Part shown: in pieces, positions 56,471 through 64,000 of the stretch | How positions within the stretch are numbered: position 1 is the stretch's first letter | Layout: each line of letters starts with the position of its first letter | IMG/VR virus record: IMGVR_UViG_3300015615_000629 | Coordinates: 96,001-160,000 of that record | Reading direction: 5' to 3' (one strand) | From: a virus | Taxonomy: Duplodnaviria > Heunggongvirae > Uroviricota > Caudoviricetes | DNA: 64,000 nucleotides | Made by a program: the position numbers and the translations under genes | Notes under the pieces: generated by a model | What the model saw: the letters and a program-made list of their open reading frames with translations, nothing else | Told to the model about the DNA's origin: nothing | Databases searched by the model: none

Positions 56471-57361
56471 TTATCTCCTTTTTGCTTTTACCGTCAAATA
56501 GTCATCCGGTGTAATCCTATTGAAAATATCTTGCGATAGGGCTTCCATATAGCGTTTTACCTTAGAAATAAACTCCCTATGTCCGCTATATCCATAAACC
56601 TTTACTAAAGCCTTTTCGTTCGCTCCAGAAAGCAAGAATTTTACAAAATTGTCCTGCCCTAGTTCCTTTCTCAATAACAAACAGACCATTGCTGCCTCTT
56701 TGTCAAAAGAATTTCTATCATCGTTACTAAGTTTTACCCATTCTTCCGGAGTCGTTTCAAACAGTTTTTTAGTGTCAAAAAAAGTGGTCTTAAAACTTCT
56801 TGAATTCATCACCGACTTGATCTGCTCAGGCGTACCATTCAAAAGCCCCATTCCACGATGCACCCAATGTCCTAAATTAACTCCAGATTGTTCTTCCAAT
56901 TCCTTCATACACACTAAAGTCAAGGGAATTGGAATAGTGTTATTTGGGGAATCATCTAATACCAACCACAATTTACTGCGTATAATCTTGCCATTGGCAT
57001 CACAAGTTACTTCTCCATGAGATGAATTGATCTTAAATATTTTCTCAAGAAGTTCCCTGTTAGGAACACAACAAACAATACATTCAGAACCAAAATCTAC
57101 GTTCGGCAATCCCCAACGATCAAGTAACCACTTTTTCATTGGTTCTATATTATTAGCCAAATAAGCAGATTGTTTATAATCAATGCTGCAAACAACAAAG
57201 TTCTTAGTTTTCCAAGTATGCCATTCCAAATCTTCCAATTCTGGGTCGATTTTAGGAGCTTCTCCATAAGGAAATGGCAAATCCCTTGTAAAACGTCGCT
57301 GCTGACCGATAGCAGGAGAACACAAGGCTAAAAACATCAGAATACTAAGAAAGAGTCTCAT
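56471..57361 (-). CDS. Secreted hypothetical protein
   Basis: N-terminal signal peptide; 296 aa. Confidence 0.6.
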   Translation of the reverse strand: MRLFLSILMFLALCSPAIGQQRRFTRDLPFPYGEAPKIDPELEDLEWHTWKTKNFVVCSIDYKQSAYLANNIEPMKKWLLDRWGLPNVDFGSECIVCCVPNRELLEKIFKINSSHGEVTCDANGKIIRSKLWLVLDDSPNNTIPIPLTLVCMKELEEQSGVNLGHWVHRGMGLLNGTPEQIKSVMNSRSFKTTFFDTKKLFETTPEEWVKLSNDDRNSFDKEAAMVCLLLRKELGQDNFVKFLLSGANEKALVKVYGYSGHREFISKVKRYMEALSQDIFNRITPDDYLTVKAKRR

Positions 57362-57614
57362 ACTTGTATTTATATATGATCCTTAGATAATCCTTCATTT
57401 CGCCCTCGACTCTAGAACGAGCAAAAGTAGAAAATAAGATATTTTTATCTATTTTGTATCTAATTGAAGCCTTGACAAGCCCCATATAAGCCGCAGATTT
57501 TAATTCATCAAAGCTTATACGTTTACTGGCTTTTCTAAAATATTTGGCGGCCAAGCTATTTGCAAACGGCATATAGTTGACAACAAGTTCGTTTCGTTCT
57601 TCTAAAGTTAACAT
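57345..57614 (-). CDS. Truncated sigma70-family protein (region 2 only)
   Basis: RNELV..Y...A..LA...DELKSAAYMGLVKA..RY......FSTFA..R..GEM.DYLR; no region 4. Confidence 0.75.
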   Translation of the reverse strand: MLTLEERNELVVNYMPFANSLAAKYFRKASKRISFDELKSAAYMGLVKASIRYKIDKNILFSTFARSRVEGEMKDYLRIIYKYKYETLS

Positions 57615-57624
57615 AAAGTTCTCA

Positions 57625-58838
57625 TGAAATTACTCAACCATAAAGGCCGAATTTCCGATCCAACCAGTAGCTTTCTATGAAGAAAGTCTAACACCAGGAC
57701 AATCGGCTATCCCCGTAATTCCTACGGTTCTATTTTGCTCATTTAATCCTTGTCTCAATATGTTTTTAGCAGCATTTAGATCCCGCCCCAAATGCTTGTT
57801 ACACCTTGGACAAGTCCATTCTCGATCATTTAATGTTAAACTATCATTTATATAACAACACTCATTACAAGTCTTTGAGGATGGAAACCAGCGACAAATT
57901 TGTATAAATTCCCGTCCATACCAACGTGATTTATACTCAATTTGTCGTATTAACTCATATAATGAGCAATCTTGAATGGCTTTTGACAACTTACGATTCT
58001 TCATCATTCCACTTATGTTCAAATCTTCCATAATGATAACTTGGTTTTCGCTAACGATTTTATGGCTAATTTGGTGTAAATGGTTATTTCTAATGTTGGC
58101 GATCTTGTTGTCTAGTTTGGCTAATCTTATTCGTGCTTTTTCTCTACCTTTTGAACCTTTTATAGTTCTTGAAAGGGCTTTGGCTCGAATTCGTCGGGTT
58201 TTTTCAAGTGTTCGATATGGTTTGATATTCTTGTATATTGTTCCATCTGAGCAGATGGCTAAGTCTTTGACTCCTAAATCAATTCCAACGGTTTTGTCAG
58301 TTTTAGGAAGTTGTTCAATAGTTCGTTTAACACAGACACTTACAAAATATTGCCCAGCTTTGTTTTTTATTACGGTCACGTTTCTTATTTCGCCTTCTAT
58401 TTGTCGATGAAGATTTATCCTTATTCCTTCTTTAAATTTAATGATGTGTAGATTGTCATTTTCAATTCTTATGTTTTGTGGAACTCGGAACGATTGTTTT
58501 GCATGACGTTTTTTGAATTTGGGAAAACCACTAAGTTTCTTATAGAATCTGTTGAATGCTCCATCTAGGTGCTTGAGGGCGTATTGAAGGCTTTGGGCAT
58601 TGACCTCATTTAACCACTTAAAGTCTCTCTTAGTTTCAGTAAGGACTTTGTTATCATCGAAATAATTCAAAGATTTCTTGTCTAAATCTTTTTCTTTTGC
58701 TTCAAGGTAAAACTTTGTTCGGTTGTCAAGGAAATGATTATAGCACCAACGGACGCAACCAAAATGTTTAGACAATTTGATTTCTTGTTCTTTTGTTGGA
58801 TAAAGTCTGAATTTATACGTGTAATCTGTTGGCTTCAT
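57625..58838 (-). mobile_element. tnpB: Solo IS200/IS605-family (IS1341-like) tnpB with right-end omegaRNA region; CDS 57675-58838
   Basis: YKFRLYPT HTH; RuvC GIDLG / EDL / RDLNAA intact; SSKTC..C..WTC..C; hairpins ending in TTCA at 57625; no tnpA nearby. Confidence 0.9.
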
Positions 58839-59102
58839 TAATATCTATACTGATAATCACTACAGTATATATGGCGATTTAATTTATTTTTGAAGAAACT
58901 ATTTAAACGGCTTGCGTCCACATTCATGGTTAAACTCTGGTGTTTGGTACATCAATCAAGCCACTGTCTGGGTTGGCAGGAGGTGGCGGTGGAACGGGTG
59001 CTTTATTCTGTTCGATAAGAATAGAAACCCCACGCACCAGAGCCATGCCAATAAACAGCAACCCAAGTAATATTATAAGGTTAAGTATACAAATTGTAAG
59101 TA

Positions 59103-60245
59103 TCATGCGTTCACAGCCGAAGTTATGTCTACAAGGTTGAAACCATCTGTGTTATTTAATTCAGTTATGTTGAATTCTAAATTTGGATTTTTTACCCAAT
59201 AACTACTTTTAAATAATCCTAATTTATCTGTCAAGACGTATAACCTCGGATTGGACGGACTCGTAATTGTTTTCGTAATGGTATTTATCCTAACGTTAAA
59301 TTTTAATCTGGTAGTTGGTAAACAGGTTACATCTTGAGGTATGACAAACAAAATCCTTGAATCTAGACTCTTGGAGGACGCAATTTTACTGACGTAGACT
59401 GATAATTTCCAAGCACTAGTAGAGAGTAATTCCCCTGAAACTTCGTCGGTACAACCCCATTCAAAAAGAACAGACCAACGCTCTCCACCACCACTGAAAT
59501 TATAATTCCTAATCCAAGAGCCCCTATTTGAATTATATTCTAAAGAAACCTTTCCAGGTATAGAATTACCAGTTCTTCTTAAGAAATCACCTAAAGGATT
59601 AGAAATACTTAAATTGTGTCTTAGATTTATCTGTAATCCGATACCGTTACAACCACACTCCGTATTAACCAAACCATCTGATATGGATAATGTATCTGAG
59701 AACACTTCCGTATCGTCCGGAAAGCCTGTGCCGCCAAAAATAAATCCGCCACTACCCGTATAACTAAACGAAGAACTTGGTTCTGTAATGAGGTTTAAAC
59801 AATCAGCAACTTGTTCTAAGTCTTGTTCTTCAAATACGTTACAACCATAATCCACACCAGGAGTTTGATAAACTGGAACGCTGTGTTTTTTAATAGATTG
59901 TATCGGCCATTTAAGTGGAGAGTTGCTATTATTTAACTTTTCGCAAAGGTCAGACAAGCCTCTTGCCGCAATAACCTGAATAAATGTGGGATTCGCAACT
60001 TCGCACAGGTCATCGGAAGGATCGAGCCCTGTATTTTCGCATGTTGGGTTTATACATTCGCCTTGAACTTGGTAGTAAAATAGTTCGGATTCAGTATTCC
60101 AGGTAATATCTAAGGACTCTTCTGTAAAGCCTGCAAAAGAGAAGCCTCCAGAGCCAGTATAGCTAAAGCTACTTGCTTCTGCAGTCGCAGCGACATAAGG
60201 TGGCTCGAAAGTAGAATAAATTAAATGGAATATACTAGGTAACAT
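59103..60245 (-). CDS. Putative virion structural protein
   Basis: Repeated SSFSYTGSGGF segment; Cys-containing, beta-rich composition. Confidence 0.5.
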   Translation of the reverse strand: MLPSIFHLIYSTFEPPYVAATAEASSFSYTGSGGFSFAGFTEESLDITWNTESELFYYQVQGECINPTCENTGLDPSDDLCEVANPTFIQVIAARGLSDLCEKLNNSNSPLKWPIQSIKKHSVPVYQTPGVDYGCNVFEEQDLEQVADCLNLITEPSSSFSYTGSGGFIFGGTGFPDDTEVFSDTLSISDGLVNTECGCNGIGLQINLRHNLSISNPLGDFLRRTGNSIPGKVSLEYNSNRGSWIRNYNFSGGGERWSVLFEWGCTDEVSGELLSTSAWKLSVYVSKIASSKSLDSRILFVIPQDVTCLPTTRLKFNVRINTITKTITSPSNPRLYVLTDKLGLFKSSYWVKNPNLEFNITELNNTDGFNLVDITSAVNA

Positions 60246-60880
60246 TACAAAACCTTACAAATTTCAGCAACCAACGGATGGCGTACAATAGCCTCTTCCG
60301 TAAAGGTTATTGTGCCTATACCTATTATATTACTTAACTTTTCAACAACGTGTCTCAAGCCGCTATTACTAATATCAGATTGATTAGGGTCCGCTGTAAT
60401 TATCATTTTACTTCCCGTTCCCATTCTGGTTAAGAACAGCTTTAATTGCATTGTTGTGCAATTTTGGGCTTCGTCCAAAATACAGACAGAATCTTCTAAA
60501 GACCTACCTCTTAAATAGGCCAATGGGGCAATTTCTATTGCATTATTGATAAAATCTCTTTGCGGTCCTTTTTCGCCAACCACTTTCCTAATACAATCGA
60601 AAAAAGGAAGCATATAAGGATGTACTTTTTCATGGAAATCTCCAGGTAAAAAGCCCAAACTTTCTCCTGCTTCTACAATGGGTCTTGTTAAAATAATTCT
60701 CTTTTTCTGCTTCTTGAGAACTTCGTTAATAGCAAATGCAGTGGCTAGATGTGTCTTGCCAGTACCTGGAGAACCTAGCATGATTATTATATCATGTTGC
60801 TGAAACAGGCTGTAGGCGAGACGTTGAGAAGGATGTAAAAACTCGATATGAAACTTATTTGTTGTCTTTTTTGGCTCCAT
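60245..60880 (-). CDS. phoH: PhoH-family ATPase
   Basis: GSPGTGKT, TRPIVEAGE.LGFLPG, RGRSL, DEAQN, LTRMG, VRHPLV. Confidence 0.95.
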   Translation of the reverse strand: MEPKKTTNKFHIEFLHPSQRLAYSLFQQHDIIIMLGSPGTGKTHLATAFAINEVLKKQKKRIILTRPIVEAGESLGFLPGDFHEKVHPYMLPFFDCIRKVVGEKGPQRDFINNAIEIAPLAYLRGRSLEDSVCILDEAQNCTTMQLKLFLTRMGTGSKMIITADPNQSDISNSGLRHVVEKLSNIIGIGTITFTEEAIVRHPLVAEICKVL

Positions 60881-61304
60881 TATTTAACCTGTTAATGAAT
60901 TTATCCCATTCCTTATTGTAAAAACTCAAATTTTTATGCTTGCAAAAATGATTTGCAAACGAATGACAAAATAATTCTTCGTCATTTTCTTTAATTTTTG
61001 AATCTTTAGCAATTTCAGACCATTCTTGTCGTAAGTCTTTATCTACTAAATACTTCCATACAAGATGTCCTATTTCATGTAATAGGGTAAATTCTTTAGA
61101 ATGAAACCAAGGGGCAGCAATGGTAATTGACTTCTTTTTCTCGTCAATTACGCCTACGTGTTGGTTATCTTTGTGAAGAGTATGGCCGTCTTGAAAATTG
61201 AATTTATACCCAACAAGTAGTTTTTGATACCGTTTAGGTAATTTCTTGACAGTGCCAACGATATCGGCATCATCGGATTCTAAAAGAAAATCCCTGAATT
61301 CCAT
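60855..61304 (-). CDS. HExxH metallopeptidase-like late protein
   Basis: LLHEIGH...EELFC; TAAATA 4 nt before MEFRDFLLE. Confidence 0.65.
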   Translation of the reverse strand: MEFRDFLLESDDADIVGTVKKLPKRYQKLLVGYKFNFQDGHTLHKDNQHVGVIDEKKKSITIAAPWFHSKEFTLLHEIGHLVWKYLVDKDLRQEWSEIAKDSKIKENDEELFCHSFANHFCKHKNLSFYNKEWDKFINRLNNGAKKDNK

Positions 61305-61319
61305 GCCTTATTTATGGAC

Positions 61320-62072
61320 TTAAGACACAGAAACCGATTCTATTTGACGTAATAATTTAGGGATAGTTAAACTGGCTTCTTCGCACATTATTTCATATTC
61401 GTTAAAATCTACATTAAATGCTTTATAATGATGCACCAATCCATTGGTTTTTTCAGGATGTGCGAAGCCTTGAGGAGAAAATCCTGCTCTTTGGGCTTTT
61501 CTAGTCATAATAAACGCATGTCCCGCCATTGGGAGTTCTTCCGGCCAAGGAGCAATTTTATCCCAACATTGTCTAGACATCATCATGCACCATTCTTCAA
61601 CGAAATTGACACGTTGATTCCCAATCTCATAAGTGTGAAATTGGAAACCAACTATTCCGGCATTCTGGTGTGCTAGAACATTGATTAAATTATCCAACCA
61701 ACCAGGATATAAAACAGATACGTCAGCATGCATGAAAACAAGATATTTAGAACGTTTATCGGCAGCCGCAGCCCCTCGATTGGCAGCCGCAGACCAATAA
61801 AGATTCTTCTCGTTTCTCACAATCTTTATAGACTCGTCCTCGATTTCATCGAGAAAGTCTTGTGTTTCTTTGCCAGAATTGTTATCAACAATTATAACTT
61901 CATAATTATTGTTAAAACTAGTTACTGCAATCGATTGAATACAAAGATTGAGGTAATGCGGCGAATCCTTATGAACAACAATTATAGAAATCTGTTCGTC
62001 TGAACCGTCGTGTAAGTTAATTGTCATTTCTGGACGTTCCCCGTCCAATGGGTTATAGGCACTTTTATTCAT
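61320..62072 (-). CDS. Glycosyltransferase family 2
   Basis: ISIIVV, YEVIIVDNNS, AANRG, FMHADV. Confidence 0.85.
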   Translation of the reverse strand: MNKSAYNPLDGERPEMTINLHDGSDEQISIIVVHKDSPHYLNLCIQSIAVTSFNNNYEVIIVDNNSGKETQDFLDEIEDESIKIVRNEKNLYWSAAANRGAAAADKRSKYLVFMHADVSVLYPGWLDNLINVLAHQNAGIVGFQFHTYEIGNQRVNFVEEWCMMMSRQCWDKIAPWPEELPMAGHAFIMTRKAQRAGFSPQGFAHPEKTNGLVHHYKAFNVDFNEYEIMCEEASLTIPKLLRQIESVSVS

Positions 62073-62297
62073 CTTCTATTTCCAATTCAAATATTCCAAT
62101 TTCCATCATGCATTCTGCCTCGCCAGAAGGCGTGGAAATCTTAAAAATCTTAGGCTTTCCATCAAAAGAAATAAGTTCAGATTTCTTTTTGGAAAGATAC
62201 AAAGCCCCTTGGGCTTCATCTTTAAAGGCTTTTTCGGCACGAATGAAACAATATTCTCCGTCAATCTGTCTGCTCACGGAAATTACAGCCCACAGTT

Positions 62298-62843
62298 TCA
62301 TCCTGTACTCCCAAAGCCGCCTGAGCCACGGGTGGTGGCTCCTAAACTAACTGTTTCGAGCCAATCAAACTTGCTGACTGGTTCAATGTACATTTGGGCG
62401 ATACGGTCGCCACGTTTTATCAGAGCTAATTCATGTCCAATATTTGCTAAAATAACACAAATTTTACCACGATAATCACTATCAATTATCCCAGGAGCAT
62501 TCGCCACAATTATACCCTTTGAAGCCAAACCGCTCCTAGAAACAATGCACGCCTTGTATCCAGGCGGCAATTCCATCGAAAAACCACAATCAAACTTGAA
62601 AATCCCACGATGAGGAATACGAATATCATCTGAATTTGATACTAAGTCCACACACGCAGAACCTTCTGTGTGGTATTGCGGAATATAACTTGGATTGTCC
62701 GCAACGATTTTCACACCGACATTTTCAATCGTCGGTTTAAAAAACTTCTTAGCCGGCGATTCCTTCAAAACTACTCTAGCACTACCCTTTTTAGCTGTCT
62801 TTTTCTTCATTTTTAGATTCCTTATTTTTGTTAATTTTAGCAA
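62298..62843 (-). CDS. dut: dUTPase
   Basis: SACVDL, SRSGLA, PGIIDSDYRG, GDRIAQ, RGSGGFGSTG. Confidence 0.95.
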   Translation of the reverse strand: MLKLTKIRNLKMKKKTAKKGSARVVLKESPAKKFFKPTIENVGVKIVADNPSYIPQYHTEGSACVDLVSNSDDIRIPHRGIFKFDCGFSMELPPGYKACIVSRSGLASKGIIVANAPGIIDSDYRGKICVILANIGHELALIKRGDRIAQMYIEPVSKFDWLETVSLGATTRGSGGFGSTG

Positions 62844-63317
62844 TTCTAGAATTTAAAGTCTTCTTAAAAAACCTATATGAATTCTCAGGATATTGAGAAA
62901 CATCCTTTACGAGGGTCTTTTTTACATAGTCAGATAATTCTAATGATTCAATCCAAGTAATCATCTCTTTGAGTGTAATCGGCTTGACCAAAGGCATAGA
63001 AGGCGTTGGATTGACCCTTATATTAAGTTTAGTTAGATCACTCATGGTTTATGGATTGTTTCCCAAATTCGTTCTTTTTAAGCATTATATCTTGAATTAA
63101 ATCGGCTGGAACTGAATTTGATGGTTTTCTTTTGTCTTGTAATTGTTTAATTACTTTAAGGGCTAATTCCTTGGCAATCGGTTCCCCCGATAATCTATAA
63201 AAGTCACCGGAAGCAAAATTAGCAAAAAGAACCTCTGAATTTTCATTTTCCGATACTAATACAGGAAATAGATAATCTACCTTCATGGAATATAACAGTT
63301 GCTTTCTAAATAATAAA

Positions 63318-63698
63318 GTGGAATCTTTCAGAAAATTTATAGAACAAAATACAGTAGGAACGCATAATGACTATGCTTCTGGTTCCTACTTACCGAGCGA
63401 CTTTACCGGAAGCGAAGTCCCAATTAAGTATGACGGAAGACCAGGGTTTTTACCAAGCGTAGACCTTCAACTTCCATCTACTAACAAAACAGCCATGATT
63501 CGATTCATAGACATGAAACGCAATCCTATATCTATCTTTTTAACAGATGGAACAAGACTTTATCTTACAATTCATCAATTTAAAAGGATTAAAGGCACAG
63601 AACCAGCGGTTGGCAAAACATTATCTGTAACATTCCAGAGAAGCCCCGAAGACCATTCCGAACAACCTTCTCAAATAGCATCAATTACTTGTTACTAA
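63318..63698 (+). CDS. Late protein (GTG start, MESFRKFIEQ)
   Basis: CTAAATA 5 nt before the GTG. Confidence 0.55.
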   Translation: MESFRKFIEQNTVGTHNDYASGSYLPSDFTGSEVPIKYDGRPGFLPSVDLQLPSTNKTAMIRFIDMKRNPISIFLTDGTRLYLTIHQFKRIKGTEPAVGKTLSVTFQRSPEDHSEQPSQIASITCY

Positions 63699-63919
63699 TC
63701 TTCTATCGGTCTGTGTTTTTCGTTTCTAAAGGTATTTGGGTCAATTTTATCGGGATCGAAACTAGGACCGTAAGGGCCTGGAGTATATTCTTTATGAAGT
63801 TTTTCAATAACTTTATCAGCGATTTTGTCGGTTATCTTGCCACCGCCTAAAAACAAAACGGCAACAACAGCGATAATACCAACTACCCACCACATCTTTT
63901 TATCGTCTAAATCAAACAT
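63695..63919 (-). CDS. Small membrane protein
   Basis: WWVVGIIAVVAVLFL TM segment. Confidence 0.55.
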   Translation of the reverse strand: MFDLDDKKMWWVVGIIAVVAVLFLGGGKITDKIADKVIEKLHKEYTPGPYGPSFDPDKIDPNTFRNEKHRPIED

Positions 63920-64000
63920 TAGTTTTCCTCAGTTTCAAAATACTCGCTCTTATATTTATCCTCCAATTTATTTAACTTTTTCAAAATTTTAGAATATTGA

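Noticed and set aside
57345-58838. Nuclease-dead TnpB/sigma RNA-guided transcription system
   Set aside because: All three RuvC acidic residues are intact and the sigma is a fragment; adjacency is adequately explained by insertion.
519-62475. Most short plus-strand ORFs antisense to long minus-strand genes
   Set aside because: They lack an RBS, promoter or motifs and are fully nested opposite well-supported genes.
1-64000. CRISPR array or cas genes
   Set aside because: No regularly spaced 25-45 bp repeats were seen; the only RuvC protein is an ordinary TnpB.
1-64000. Alternative genetic code (stop-codon reassignment), as in some jumbo phages
   Set aside because: Conserved genes (ligA, phoH, dut, E1) are full length in code 11, TAG and TGA end genes at expected positions, and no suppressor tRNA is present.

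Overview
AT-rich, densely packed segment, mostly on the minus strand, of a large (jumbo/T4-like) lytic bacteriophage genome. Host-derived domains (PEP-CTERM/dockerin-like protein, RpoA CTD, L7/L12 CTD, DUF2934) suggest a Planctomycetota host (inference). Recognisable genes include NAD-dependent DNA ligase, RNA ligase, dUTPase, PhoH, thioredoxin, Pth2, DksA/TraR, a MazG-like protein, GT2, two sigma-like ORFs, three AAA+/vWA pairs, HNH and LAGLIDADG nucleases and a solo TnpB, plus an array of 12 tRNAs and two aberrant tRNA-like genes. Two systems stand out. (1) An unannotated 23-aa leader peptide (20690-20761) in which 20 of 23 codons are read by the tRNAs of the downstream array. It is followed by a his-operon-like set of six mutually exclusive hairpin segments and a terminator, i.e. 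an apparent tRNA-depletion-sensing attenuator controlling the phage tRNA operon. (2) A complete phage-encoded ubiquitin-like conjugation operon (E2-JAB-E1-Ubl, 44960-47852), with 11 further divergent E2-like paralogues scattered across the window, all keeping the putative catalytic Cys. All calls were made by eye from motifs; no database searches or folding programs were run.
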